Positions 22,730 through 35,360 of a DNA stretch of 64,000 nt are shown here, one piece after another. The notes under the pieces were generated by a model. That model worked only from the letters and a program-made list of their open reading frames with translations. It did no database searches and was not told the DNA's origin. The first letter of the stretch is position 1, and every line of letters begins with the position of its first letter. The stretch comes from an uncultured Nitrososphaerales archaeon (GTDB lineage Archaea > Thermoproteota > Nitrososphaeria > Nitrososphaerales > Nitrososphaeraceae): contig CAVQMO010000010.1 in the NCBI GenBank assembly GCA_963713605.1, positions 32,001 to 96,000 on the forward strand, written 5' to 3'. The position numbers and the translations under genes are program-made.

Positions 22730-23368
22730 AGGAGTATGGGAATAGATGTTGTATGGGGAGATACGTCAAAGTTTGTATTGTTATTACTCAATATAGAAAC
22801 AACAAGGTAGAGGTCTTCTATGCAGAGAGCTTTGACAAGCCACAAATGAATAAGATAATAAATCATATACTACAACAGAAACAGAAACACCAGATAACGA
22901 AGCTGTACGTAGATGGTGCAAATCCTGAAGTCATCAGAGAAATAAAGAGTAGAATAGATGAGTACGAGAACTATCATTACTACACGGAAGAGCAGACTCT
23001 GGCTAATGCGTACAGGTGACATGCAGATCAGACCTGTCAACTTCCAGAAGAGACACAGGGAAATGCTACAGTGGACTTATACGTTGATGTCGAAGAGATT
23101 TATGAAGATCCATTCAACATTACAGAAGCTGATAGTATCTCTTCGGACAGCAGTTATATCAGATGAATGGAGACTAGATAAAGAAAAGACATCTCATAAT
23201 GATATACTCGATTCCTTTAGACTGGCATTATGCAACTTTGAACCACCAAAGAATGCATTATCTCAATCAACACAATTTTTAGAGTCTGAATATCCAGACG
23301 GTGGAGCAGAGGAGATGAATATGCAAAATATGACCCCCAGAAGAAAGAATGAAGACACAGAGTTTTGA
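22730..23368 (+). pseudogene. terminase large subunit C-terminal (RNase H-fold) nuclease domain; ATPase domain missing
   Basis: KLYVDGANPEVI...PVNF...LIVSLRTA...LDKEKTSHNDILDSFRLAL. Confidence 0.65.
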
Positions 23369-24048
23369 TATTCAAAGAAAAATTGGAAGAATATCACTGA
23401 ACAAAGTTGATATTTCTTAGCATAGTTCGTTTATATTAAAAATTTAGCATAGTTGATATTTCTTATCGAACCTGACTCTTCCGGGTCCTGTCAACGTATT
23501 TTTTGCCACTTCAGTAATTGCTCCCAGTATCTCCCTTTTTCTTTCGGAGATTTGATTTGCTAATATTGTTTGAACAGGACCGGTAACGATGCGAAGGATC
23601 TCCTGCAGTTTGCAGAATCAAGTTATAGTAATCTGTTGATGAGTTATGCGGAGATTTTTGTATATTCTAAATAAAGTGTACCTAAAACTCGTGTCAACTA
23701 GGATATTGGTATCTCTAATCTAATTGATACTGTCGTGGAGCAGTAGTTGACAGATACTTTTCTCGATCCTAGTAGGTTGAACAAATGAAAGCTAGCTCTT
23801 GCCAAGAAAATAGAAAAGTTCTTCCCCAGATGGTGCCTTAGTATCATTAAAATATCATTATCCGTAAAGCGCACATCTCTTGATCTTCTCTGATTTCACA
23901 GCATCATCCTTAAAATAGTAAAAATATTTGATAATCATTATCACACCGTCAGGATTACGACTCAAAATCATTTTTGATCCACCATTATATACCTGGTCTA
24001 TTGACTCAAGAGGTTTTATTAATCTCAACTGTGTGAGTAAACGAATCC

Positions 24049-24201
24049 ATGAATAATGATGAACGAGATTTTGAATGGGGTGAAGTGATAACCAAACCTG
24101 TCTATACAAGCGACAACAAACATGTGGGTCACGTAGATGGACTAGAAGCTGGTCACTGTGCTACATCTTTGAGAATGTCAAAGGAATCTTCCAACATTTG
24201 A
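24049..24201 (+). pseudogene. truncated PRC-barrel protein
   Basis: Manual translation MNNDERDFEWGEVITKPVYTSDNKHVGHVDG; similarity then ends. Confidence 0.4.
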
Positions 24202-24436
24202 GCACTATCAAATTTTATATTTGGTTTGATCATTTCTATTAGTTCTGGAATTTTTTCACTGGAATTAATAATGGCTAATAATCTAACACCGCTATCGAAA
24301 ATCAAAAATGCTGTTTTGTAGCCCTAAATCATATGGAATATATGTTTTAGATTCTTATAAATCCAAATTGTATAATGTCTCTGGTACCGTTTCCTCTTTG
24401 TTACCATTTTGAACTAATAACTGAATGTTATTACTG

Positions 24437-25684
24437 TCATCTCTCTAGATTTTGCATTCTCGCTGTCAAAGCCATTAATTGGTCGGAAAGATGTGCTATG
24501 GCATCATCCTTCATCTTGTCCCTTTCTCTAAATGACTGGTTTAGTTCTTCTAGTTCTTCTATTTTGCTTTGAATATCTGCACCCTGTCTCTCTAGCTGAT
24601 GCACATTTAGAAACGTAAGATATGGTTCTATCTTTCTGAATATCTCTACCTTCTCAGAATCTTTCTTTCTCCAATATGTTGAACCCGAATGTCCTATAAA
24701 ATATTCAGAAAAATCAAAATAACCAAGATCGGATATTGTTGTCTTTACAAACCTTCTGAACGAATGAAGAGTTATTTGTCTTCTATTTTGATTGCTATCT
24801 TCTCTTTCTCCTCTACCCATTCTGTCAAGTGTTTTGGCGAAGGCTTTTGCAATGTCATCATAGATGCCATCAGGATTTGGCATTCTCTTGGTTTGGTAAA
24901 CTGCAAATACAAGATCGGTCTCTTCTCTAGAAGGCGTTCTATATTCTGTGATTGTACTTCCGTCTTTGTTATGACAAACCCTTCTTTTTCTATATTTGTA
25001 GCTTAGCCAGGACTTTAGCTGTTGTGTTACCTCATCGGTAAGAAATACAATTCTATCTGCTCTAGTTTTAGTAAATTCTCCTCGCACAAAAACATGGGCT
25101 GGTTTCGAATCTAAATCCAAATCTTTAACTCGAACAGATAATGCTTCTACTGCTCTGAATCCACCAGCCGCTAAAAACATAACATATGTCTTCAAGCGTA
25201 TATCTGAACATGCGTTTAGAATATCAATGATATCTTCCTTTGATAATGCTTCCTTATTCTTCCTAACTATTTTTGGCAATCTTACCTTTAGTTTGAATTT
25301 TCTAGGACTAATATCAATGTCTGAATATTCTAAAAAGTTCTTGATAGTAATAACATGGTTCTTTAATGAATTTGGGGCAATAGTATTGTTACTTTCTTGC
25401 TTTAGGAATAGTATGTATCCAGTAAGGAGATCGTAAGGATCTATCTTTGTCTTCTTGATTTCTGTGACAATATTTTGGATTCCAAGACCGTATCTATCAT
25501 TAGTATATTTGCCGAATTTCTTCAATCTTTCATTGTCCTTTTGAGCAGTTGATTCATTTACTACTGCTACATTAGTCAGATATCTGGATACTACAGAGTC
25601 GTCATTCTTCGAGAGCACTCGCTTGTTGGTATGAGGAGTTACTACAATAGATTCAGTTGAACCTGTTCCAGCGCTAGCTTTCAA
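24437..25684 (-). CDS. tyrosine recombinase/integrase
   Basis: Catalytic set GFRAVEA (R), FTKT (K), LHSFRR (HxxR), IGH, STYW (Y); C-terminal coiled coil. Confidence 0.92.
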   Translation of the reverse strand: MKASAGTGSTESIVVTPHTNKRVLSKNDDSVVSRYLTNVAVVNESTAQKDNERLKKFGKYTNDRYGLGIQNIVTEIKKTKIDPYDLLTGYILFLKQESNNTIAPNSLKNHVITIKNFLEYSDIDISPRKFKLKVRLPKIVRKNKEALSKEDIIDILNACSDIRLKTYVMFLAAGGFRAVEALSVRVKDLDLDSKPAHVFVRGEFTKTRADRIVFLTDEVTQQLKSWLSYKYRKRRVCHNKDGSTITEYRTPSREETDLVFAVYQTKRMPNPDGIYDDIAKAFAKTLDRMGRGEREDSNQNRRQITLHSFRRFVKTTISDLGYFDFSEYFIGHSGSTYWRKKDSEKVEIFRKIEPYLTFLNVHQLERQGADIQSKIEELEELNQSFRERDKMKDDAIAHLSDQLMALTARMQNLER

Positions 25685-25750
25685 TTAGTGCTAATATTCT
25701 TATTGATATTATTAAGCATTTTGTATTCGACGCTTTTAATGCACTCCTAA

Positions 25751-26174
25751 TCCTTACATAAGAAGACACTCAGCATTGACAGAGAAATCCTCCTTTCTAA
25801 AGGAACATATTTTAAGGCAACATGCAGGCTGGTCGCCCAGATCTCAGATGCATCTAAAGTATTTACATTATTTCGGTAATGAATCATCAGAATCAATACT
25901 TCAAGAATATGGGATACTACCAAAAAATAATCGAGAAACAGACCTTCTAAAGCCTAAGCAATGCCCTAATTGTAATGAGCCGAACAAACCAGATTCAAAA
26001 TTCTGTGCCAAATGTAGGATGGTTCTAACTTATGATGCCTACAATGAAACGATTGAAGATAGGCAAACGAAGGATAAACAGATAGAATCCTTAGTTAAAA
26101 ATCAAGAAAAATTTGAACAGCTGATCCAATCACTTATCGATTCCGGGCAATTGAAGCCTTTGAAGAACCAATAA
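25751..26174 (+). pseudogene. C-terminal fragment of a second tyrosine integrase with zinc ribbon
   Basis: PYIRRHSALT...LRQHAGWS...MHLKYLH, then CPNC...CAKC; N-terminal part absent. Confidence 0.75.
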
Positions 26175-26603
26175 TCCTAGTTCGTTAGATTTGGGAAAGC
26201 TATAGGTTCAACGAAGATGTCCTCTGGTCAGATAATATAATGGCAGTATACAGTACGAGATTTTGCTGGGATCAATTCAATATTCACGATAGTTCTAGAG
26301 TAATATAGTATGAGAAAGAGGATCTAGGCTGAACGTAATATTAGGTGTATATATCACATGTTGAAGAAACCTCCATCAGATTAAATTTTATCATCTTAGT
26401 ATCATATCTACACACTTACACCAAATAGACGTTAATTGGATATGACTGCAATTATGCTGAAATGTTTAGTGTTAAAAATCGGATTTATCCAGTTTAATGG
26501 ATATAATGACATCGCTTAGTGTCTTGCTCGAGTGTTAGTTCATATGCAAATATTAGATGCCTAAAATATTTTTTATTTTTATTAAATTGCTATAAATGCT
26601 GGT

Positions 26604-26756
26604 ATGAATGAATTGAACATTCGGCATACCATTACAATTGATGACAAAACATATCAGAAGTTAAAAAGTAAGGGAAACTTTGGCGAGACCTACTCCAAAC
26701 TGATCTCTAGAATTATCAAAGACAACGATGGCTACCATGAATTAGCAGAGGGATGA
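26604..26756 (+). CDS. RHH/CopG-like small DNA-binding protein (50 aa, below the ORF-track cutoff)
   Basis: HTITIDDKTYQKLKSKGNFGETYSKLISRII; first gene of the replication operon. Confidence 0.7.
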   Translation: MNELNIRHTITIDDKTYQKLKSKGNFGETYSKLISRIIKDNDGYHELAEG

Positions 26757-26759
26757 TAC

Positions 26760-26975
26760 ATGAATTATACTATTGATTTTCTCTCTAGAGAATGCAAGGC
26801 CGGAGATCACAATCGTTGTGTCGGCAGATGGGCTGGTCTTAGTATTGAAGTGATATGCAACTGCAATTGCAGGCACAGTTGGAAAGAAAAAGAATTAGGT
26901 GCAGAGATTCTTGGGGCACTCGCACCTAATAGTGACACATCGCTATTGGAGGAAATCCAACATGAAAGTCAATAA
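26760..26975 (+). CDS. small Cys/His-rich hypothetical protein
   Basis: ECKAGDHNRC...ICNCNCRH; tightly packed in the operon. Confidence 0.55.
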   Translation: MNYTIDFLSRECKAGDHNRCVGRWAGLSIEVICNCNCRHSWKEKELGAEILGALAPNSDTSLLEEIQHESQ

Positions 26976-27258
26976 TACAATTACATTAGAATCTAATAAA
27001 GATGTCGAAGTAAGTAGTAACTGCTTAAAAAACTCCGGAGACTACAACAATACTGAAACTAAGAATGAAATAGAATGGCTTTGTGAGACATGCTTGGCTA
27101 CATGTACGTTTTGTTCACATCATTTGATTGACCATACAAGGAATGATGACCCACAACAAAGACTCTATTCAATTAGAGGCTGTAGATGGAGCTATTTTAT
27201 ACCATATAGGGTGAGGAAGACAAAATCGAAGAAGGAATGGGATAACGGTGAACTTTGA
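26962..27258 (+). CDS. small Zn-binding hypothetical protein
   Basis: CETC...CTFCSHH; stop overlaps the next start (TGATG). Confidence 0.45.
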   Translation: MKVNNTITLESNKDVEVSSNCLKNSGDYNNTETKNEIEWLCETCLATCTFCSHHLIDHTRNDDPQQRLYSIRGCRWSYFIPYRVRKTKSKKEWDNGEL

Positions 27259-29891
27259 TGAATGACTTTAAATCGTCATCATCATTATTTTCTGATTCAG
27301 AGAACTTCAATAACAATGGGTTCCATCCACTACCCATTGTAGGAAAGGAGCCTCTGAAAGGTTCAGGCAAGTGGACTGACAAAAAAGGCACCATCGCAGA
27401 TCAGATGTATCTGCAAAAATACTTCGGCGACATACAGAGTGTAAAGCGAGTAGCGATCCTGCTTGATAGTATCAAGATAGGCTTTGCTATAGATATAGAT
27501 GGGGCTATAGCCCTAGATATATTTCAGAAGAAGGTAGTCCCCAGATTATCAGAAGGGCTGCAGAATAAGATTGACACAACTACACATACAAGAACAGCTA
27601 ATGGAGGATATCACTGGCTATTTGAGATCCTTCGTCAAGACTTTCCTAAAGGCTTGACTCAGGGGACATACTGGACCCCCATACAAAATAGTCATGCTGA
27701 GATCAAGATAATCGGGTCAAACCAATATCTTATAGAAAGAGGTGATGGATATGAACCGATCAGAGGTATAGAATCTTTAGTCGCGTTGTCACAACAAGAA
27801 GTTAATGAGTTTCTTAGTATATTAGATCACTTCAGCAAAGAAACTCAGGCTATAAGGAAGGTTGGAAGCAAATTGGTAGGTACCTATAGACCGCCTAATA
27901 GACAGAGTGTTGCTTTAAGGGCATCTGGATACTTGTATAAACATCACGGAGTTCCACAGCAACTAACCTTTGATCTGATAGAATATTTAATAGAAGCTAC
28001 TGCCGATGACGAACCGCAAATGAGACACCAAGCAGTCAGAGATACCTACTCTAAAGATGCAAATACTGATCAGGTGTCTGGATATACTAAATTTCTGGAA
28101 GCAGTCAATGGTGACGAATCTGTTATCCAATTAATACAGAAGGAGTATGGTAGACTTGGTTATCATTCCAGTTATAATGGAAGCAGAGACGATAGAACGG
28201 CCTGCCGCTTTTCCAATAATGCAGCCGACAACACAACAGCGAAAGAAAAAACAAAAAATAGAGTATATCCAAAAATATTCCATATCAGAAGCAGTAATAG
28301 CAGAGGCTATAATCATAGGAGAGAAGGCTTTCTTTGCTATCGCAGATTTCACAGATCGTAATGAAGTGAAAATAACGCTAGAGAAACAAATTGAACTTGA
28401 CGATGATAGAAAAACTGTTTTAAAACCATTAGACTTGATATCCTATATTAATAAACCGTATCGTTTCAAATCAGAAGACGAATTTTGGGCAAATATTGAG
28501 AAAGCGAAGCAGGAAACACTTGATTCGTTATACATGAAGACAAAAGTAATCTGGAAGAAATTCGTAGACGCTGACAGCTTCCATATTAGCATCTGTAGTG
28601 CTGATACAATCTTTACCCATAAACAGGATAGAGTTGGAACAACACATTACCTATTCTTTATTGGCGATAATGATACAGGTAAATCCGCAGGACTAACAAT
28701 CTTAGAGTTCCTGGCGTACCGAAACATATCCAGTATGGGTATGACTTATGCTAACATCTATCAGTATCTAGGCTCCAGGGATGAAGGTGTCGGCACGATT
28801 TGTGAGGACGAGGCTGATAATATAGATCATGACACTGATAAGATGCGACTATACAAGTCGGGATACGTCAAGGGAAAGGTTGTGCCTAAAACGGATACAT
28901 CTTATGGCCGTACTCAGTACAAATTTAATGCCTATTGTTTCAAGGCATTTGCTGCTGAAGCATTACCTGACCCAGTGATTGCTAAAGGATTTCTTCAGAG
29001 GATCGTAGAATTAAAGTGTGTTCCAGGTTATCCTGACTATGAATATCAGAGGTTGTTGATCCAGGAGATGATGAGGAACTTCAATCGCGGTTAGACGAAC
29101 TAATCGAAGTAAGAAATGTACTGTTCTGTTATCTTCGATTGCTACACTATAAGGATAAAATCCCAAACATTAAACTCAACATAAGAAACAGAGAGAAGCA
29201 ACTATTCAAGCCAGTATTAAGGGTATTTTATGGATCGAAGACATTCGATGAGCTTCTACCAGTCATAAGCAGATATGTAACTCAGAAGAGAGAGGCCAAA
29301 GTCGACTCATATCATGCGTTTCTATTTCAACTGATCAAGCATAAGATAGTAGAGAACAAAAGTGCGATATTACTATCAAAAGATATCTGGGAAGCCTTCA
29401 AGGAGAAGGTGGATTGGAAGCCGATACCACACAGGCCACAATCTATAGACACTGTAGAGTTCGGGGTGAAATCACAGAAAGAACTCAATCAAACTCTGAG
29501 GGATGTATTTGGAGCCAAGCCATCAAAAAGACATGATGAAGGCAGAGGGTTGGTTTTTGATTTAGATGTGCTGAACAAAATGAGTAGGACATATGAAGTT
29601 GAAGTAGAGATTAAGGTCCAAGAAGGCGAAGCTAAAGATCGGACGCATGGGACACTTCGGACACATGTAGGGCTAACGCAGTATTTATCGGACCCTCAAG
29701 CCAGTACAGATAATACAGAAAATAACAGGTTAAATGATATAAATAGTACCGAACTGAATATAAACACCAAAAAATCTGAAACTGATAGCCCTTTAGATGA
29801 GTCTACAGTCCTCAATAAAGTGTCCGATGTGTCCGATGTGTCCGAGTCGTTCCAATCCTTCCCTAGCAGAGACAACCAGGTTACTCAATAA
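27258..29891 (+). CDS. primase-polymerase (AEP/Prim-Pol) fused to a P-loop ATPase/helicase, replication protein (frameshifted)
   Basis: AIDIDG (DxD), RTANGGYHWLF; Walker A GDNDTGKS, Walker B ICEDEAD; ORFs 27255-28361, 28147-29094 and 29139-29891 chain. Confidence 0.8.
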
Positions 29892-29963
29892 CATTAACGA
29901 AGCGGCTAGGAAGTATGGACAGAATCGAGGGGAGCCACAGCCTAAAAAGGGAGGTGGATTAAC

Positions 29964-30827
29964 TTGAAATACAAAAATCCGAAAATAAAAGATCTACAGC
30001 AAAACTTGATAAAATTTAGCAAGCAGACCGGTTTATTAGAGTGTGAGTTAGACACGTTAGCTTTCTATAATGAAGAATACAGAGCTGGAACAGCAGAGAG
30101 CACTGAAAGATACGGGATCAACAATAAGCCAACAAGAAATGTCAAATCCAGAATTACGGATATACCGAAAATAAGGTACTCGGACGATTGGTCACAATGA
30201 CAACACTGTCCATTCGCATTGATCCCATTGTGGACGAGATAATAGATAAAGAGCTACTAAATAGGCAGAGCGATGATCCTGATAATTGGAGTCAAAGAGA
30301 TTCTAGATTAGATGGAATTCTCAAAGAGATGGAAATTGGGCGAGCTTAAGAAACAGATTCATAGTTTGTATAATGAATGTCTTACAGATTTTCTAAGAGA
30401 GAAACATGGCGTCCTGCATTTTATCCCCTGGAAGGACTATTTAGCATGCACTCTAAAAACAGCTGGTGTAGCAGTAGCAATAATTGATTACATGTTTCTC
30501 GAAAACAAATCAACAAAGGCAACTGCAATTTATCTGCACGCTAAGAAGTCATTAGACAAACAGGAGACATGTTGCATTTTTCCTGTAATAGAAAACAAAA
30601 TTACAGATATTACAGATCTTGTTGTTAAGCAATTGTGTTATTTGCACTTAGCAGAAGTAACGAGAGGGATGAAGTATAAGACACTGAAAGAAAGGACACA
30701 TAGCAAATGGATAGAATATGATGAATATGGATTAGTAAAACTCTTTGGACAAAGTATTGCGAGAGAATTACAATCTCAAGAATTAAAAATTAGAAATGAC
30801 TTTAGGATAATTGACACTGAAAATTAA
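29964..30827 (+). CDS. hypothetical protein (one or two ORFs, probably frameshifted)
   Basis: ORFs 29964-30200 and 30312-30827 with coding-like sequence between them. Confidence 0.4.
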
Positions 30828-31182
30828 GAGGTCATCTTCATCCGATTACCATGCTGATTTCGGTGCTCTGACAAATTCCTGCAACATAGTATTCTTGAAG
30901 CTGTTCTCTGGAGGAGAGCAGAAACACTTTCCTTTTATTCCTATTTTTGACACATAATGTCCCTTTAATTACTTGGATTTCACCAGGACCCCGTAGATAT
31001 TATGACAGAGCATTATGATACAACTATTTCTATCAGAACAAAGGAATAAGTAAATAATCTCATATGTATTATAAATGACCAAAAAGGTATCTTTATGTGA
31101 AGTATGAATCATGCTCATTTCAATAGCAGTCTGATGCAAGCAATCACAAGAAATATCACACCGATATCGCAAGATACCACAT

Positions 31183-31306
31183 AATAGCAAAAGCTAAATC
31201 ATTCAAATTACAATTAAGATGGGAGCAATGGATAAAAAGCAGAAAGAAGCTTCTGTCATAGCACTATCTGAAAAAGGGAGAACCTATAGAGAGATTACAA
31301 AAGAGA
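31183..31306 (+). repeat. truncated direct copy of the upstream region and 5' end of the 33797 gene
   Basis: TGTCATAGCACTATCTGAAAAAGGGAGAACCTATAGAGAGATTACAAAAGAG is identical at ~31255 and ~33822; ATAGCAAAAGCTAAA is shared upstream. Confidence 0.9.
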
Positions 31307-31569
31307 CACAAGAAAATTGTCAGCTTAAAACAAGTCTTTAGTATCAAAAATTAATGACCTAGATGATGGTGCAACTTGAGAAATGTAATGAAGTGTTTCA
31401 TTTTCAGGAATCAATGGTCTTACTCCGTCAGAGATGTTTCTATAAAAGTCAATTACAGTCACTACAAGCACTAAGCAGCGAAGTGTAACCCATGTGAGTA
31501 GTCAAAAACGTAACCTATCTGGGTAAGTACAACAACTAGGATTATTATTCCTCTTCATTCCTGTCCCGC

Positions 31570-33220
31570 TTAATTATCGCCGTCGTCATCACCATCACCA
31601 TCACCATTATCATCCTCATCCTCACCCTGATCCTCATTCTCATCAGATACCTCCTCCTCTTCTTCTTGTTCAGGTACGACCTCTTCTGCAACAGGTGGAG
31701 CAGGAGGTGCAGGAAGTGGAGCTGGAGGAGGTGGAACTGCAGTGGGTGGAGCAGGAGGAGGAACTTCGCCAGTAGGCAATATTTTAAAGATCTTACCCTG
31801 TCCTAATGATACTACATACATATATCCGTCATATGGACTTATTTCAATATCCGTAATTCCACCAAATCCAGTTGCGAATAATGCAGAATCTGAACTAGAC
31901 TCTCCGTCTGTATCTGCTATCTTGTCATCTAAAGGGGGCTCAAGTACGAGTTCTGTCCTATCTTGATTAAGTTTAAAATGATACATATTTCCAGAATGGA
32001 CATCTCCAACAAACATTTCATTTTGATAGCCAGTACCATAATTACCCGAATTTAAGAACTTGATTGCAGTAGGTCCAACTGTGTACAACCATGTTAGTTG
32101 TGGAAGATGATAATGTCCTCTGCCATCAAAGTTTACAAGACCCTCGCCTTGTTCGGAAGCAACAGTTGCCGCGCCCTCTCTGGGATCGCCTCCACCACGA
32201 GTATATATTCCCATTATTTGATTCCACCCGCTATTAAAGCCTGGTTCAACACGGTTTATCTCGTCACTGTGTCCAGGACCATTTTCACTATCCCACAAGT
32301 AGCCAGAGACAGGGTCGAAATCGATCCCAAAGCTATTACGGATGCCATAAGCATAATACAGATTGAGAGGGTAATCGCTCCCTAGTATATAATCTCCAGT
32401 ATTAGGATCAATGACAGGTTCACCATCCTGTGTTATTCGTAGAACGCCACCTGTTCCATCAGCTGGGACATCCGGCTCGTTCTGCGTTTCCGTTTCGCTT
32501 TCTATCTTGTCTACGTCTCCGATAGTTATGTACAAGTTACCATCCGATCCAATCTTGATAACTCCACCATTGTGACGAGGACCAGGGTCCGCAGGTAGAT
32601 CCAGAAGTAGCACCGGATTAACCAGAGCTACCAGCTGATCCTGGAGCGCCTTCTTGGAGTTCATATCTATACACTCTATTTCCTATTGCACTACCTAAGA
32701 CATCTGCTTCAGTGTAATACAAGAAAACATTCGTCGTTCCTGTCTCATTGTTTTGAGATACAGCAATCCCGCACATACATCTTTCAACCTCTGTTGCTAC
32801 GTTGACATCAAGAAGAGGCTGAGGTTGTACCACCCCATCTATGATTCGCATTACAGTTCCTTTGTCCTTCTCCAGTACTAGTATATCATTCTGAGACAAG
32901 AAAGCCATAGTGGTCGGTAATGCCAGCCCCTCAGCTACCACCTCTGAAGTAAAACCAGGCAGATTAATGACAGGATTGCCTACGTCCTCATTATATCTCA
33001 GAGGAAACTCTGGCTCTTGCGAAGAGGCGAAAACAGATGCAGATCCCAATAATATTGACGGTATAGGGAAAGGAAGATACGACTGCGACTGCAATGAAGA
33101 TAATGATAGCCCAAATACTAAAGATAATGTAGTAAATATCATAAGAATAACCGTCATTAGCGTAATTTTGGTTTTATAACCTCGTTCTCTTTCTTTTTGC
33201 TCGTTGCTTCTTTCTATCAA
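31570..33220 (-). CDS. PQQ-dependent glucose/sorbosone dehydrogenase family protein, secreted (one frameshift near 32650)
   Basis: EGLALPTTMAFL, PRHNGGVI, GNLYITIGD, YAYGIRNSFGIDFDP, ENGP..DEIN; Pro/acidic tail. Confidence 0.9.
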
Positions 33221-33796
33221 AAAGACACTCTTTCTCCTACCAGAGATCTTATAATTAGTATGGTAAAGTTATTCAACACGTTAAGTCAAGACACGTCATC
33301 TTATTTTATTGAATCTAAGTGTACCGATGAGCTCTAAATTTTATTGTTATAAATCCTTTTATCAAGAACAAAGAAAATATCTTAGCAAGTAGCCAATGAC
33401 ATTTCAGCAGAAAGTTTCGGGATTATTCACTTATAGCATCAACGGCGTCTAGTACCCGGGATCGTAACGGATACCGGCGAAGCTCCCTAACACTTCAATA
33501 ATTCGAATTTACAGTGTGTTGCTTTGCATACATGCAAGTTATATAAGAAGAAAAAGGATAGCAGGTGACAAATTGAATAAAATCCAGTCATTGTTGGCAT
33601 CCTCCTTAATTGCTCTATCTAGTTACCTTTTAATGATCAATGATAATGAAATTATGATACACTTTCTCTCTACATGTGAAATGAGATCATTTCGATAGCA
33701 CTCTGATGTAGGAAATTATAACAAATAGCTTACACTATCGCACAATAACAGAAGATAGCAAAAGCTAAACATTATGGATACAAATGACATGTAACA

Positions 33797-34928
33797 ATGG
33801 ATAGAAAGCAAAAAGAGGCTCTTGTCATAGCACTATCTGAAAAAGGGAGAACCTATAGAGAGATTACAAAAGAGGTAGGGGTGTCTCCAAACACGATCAA
33901 GGCTATTTTGAACAAAGCAGGTCTAGACCAGACTACTTCAATATCCTCTAGAGTCTTTGAGCTTTACTCTCAAGATAAGACCCCCCTTAGATGTGGTTAT
34001 TACACTAGGGCTCAAATCTGAAGAAGTACTACGTTATCATCAAGAATACTTTATGCTTCTAGGATGTACCGAATTTACTAAGGTTTACCTCCAGATCAAG
34101 GATAACCCTTGGGCGTACGTGAACCTCGTCAAACTAGCTTTATATTCGGGAATGAGTGATGGCGAAGTTGTAGAGCTTCTCAAGATCGCAAATGGACATC
34201 TTCCCAGGGTTCGGTTAGAATACGATCGACTTAAAGCTGGATTAAAATCATTAGAAGATGAAAAAAACAATTCAACTAAGGACTACCATCGATTATGCAA
34301 CGATATTTCAGGGATGAAAACAACAGTGAATCAGCTTCAATTAACCATAAAAGAATCAAAAGATGAAACAGCCAAGCTAGAATTGCAGAAGATAAGACTT
34401 CAGAATTTCGTAAACGACTTTCGAAATAATGGTATAGAATATAACAAAGTCAAACAAGCAATCGAAGGACAGATTGAATATGTTCTAGCAGATCGTAAAC
34501 AATTATTGCGAATGGCTATTCAATCCGTCATCGAACTATTGCGATTAGACCCTCAGAAATTTCATTCTTATTATTACAACCGTTCGACAATACAACCAGA
34601 AGCTGATGAAGAACTAATATTAATCGAAGCTGAAAGGCTTTATGAAAAGATGCTTGAAAACATCACAAATAGGGTAGTTACCGATTTGAGTGATAGTATA
34701 TCATCCCTTCCCTCATTCACACAAAAAGAATCATCAGAACAAAATTCGGGTAATATGCTAACGTCTTTTTTGTATTCCAAAGAAGAATGCACTTTGTCAG
34801 ATCCTGAAGATAAAGAGATAGAAGGAAATTCGTTCAAAGAACGTCCTGACCTACTAGCTGGTCATAGAATGAAATTTTATCCATATGGTGGACAAGCATG
34901 GCATCCTAATTTTGGTGTGGAATTCTAA
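33797..34928 (+). CDS. HTH plus coiled-coil protein, element-associated (one frameshift near 33980)
   Basis: GRTYREITKEVGVSPNTIKAIL HTH, then a long heptad-rich region. Confidence 0.65.
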
Positions 34929-34963
34929 AGCCTAAATTCAGATCTGCTCTCTCATGGGATGCT

Positions 34964-35243
34964 GTATATAATCATTATATCAACAGATATCTAACAACTA
35001 TTCTCATACTAGTACCTAATGAGACCTGTAAATCTAGTGTAGAATACTGCAAAGCACCAAGACCAATACATTAGTTATATATCATGATACACAATCTTCT
35101 ATTAGATTTCAATGAGTGGTGACGAGCAGAGTACTGGAAATTCTGGAACACCAACTAGCAATAGTTTCTCGAAACCTGTAGAAGTAGCCAAAGAATATAC
35201 AGTAGATATAATTGGGACAGGTAAGTCGGGAGATGGTATCGCA
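34964..35243 (+). repeat. left copy of a 280-bp inverted repeat (partner 63330-63609)
   Basis: Reverse complement matches by eye with no mismatch seen; a further ~40 bp match beyond a short deletion. Confidence 0.9.
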
Positions 35244-35360
35244 AGAATCCAGGGTTTTGTAATTTTTGTAAAAAACACTAAATCTGGGGATAAAAACATA
35301 AAGATTAAGATTGATTCTGTGGGAAATAGATTTGCTAGAGCAGATGTAGTTTCTAAATAG
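35112..35360 (+). CDS. single TRAM domain protein (archaeal cold-shock-type RNA chaperone)
   Basis: KPVEVAKEYTVDI...GDGIARIQGFVIFV...IKIKIDSVGNRFARADV. Confidence 0.9.
   Translation: MSGDEQSTGNSGTPTSNSFSKPVEVAKEYTVDIIGTGKSGDGIARIQGFVIFVKNTKSGDKNIKIKIDSVGNRFARADVVSK

Larger units (their letters stand above)
22392..34928. mobile_element. decayed integrative element or provirus-like region (boundaries approximate; no att sites found)
   Basis: Terminase remnants, tyrosine integrase, RHH, Zn-binding ORFs and primase-polymerase/ATPase cluster together. Confidence 0.65.

Noticed and set aside
24049..24201. Truncated PRC-barrel gene as attL of the element
   Set aside because: No matching other half or direct repeat found in the window
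33440..33490. GC-rich stretch as a tRNA or att site
   Set aside because: No cloverleaf or T-loop (GTTCRA) could be built
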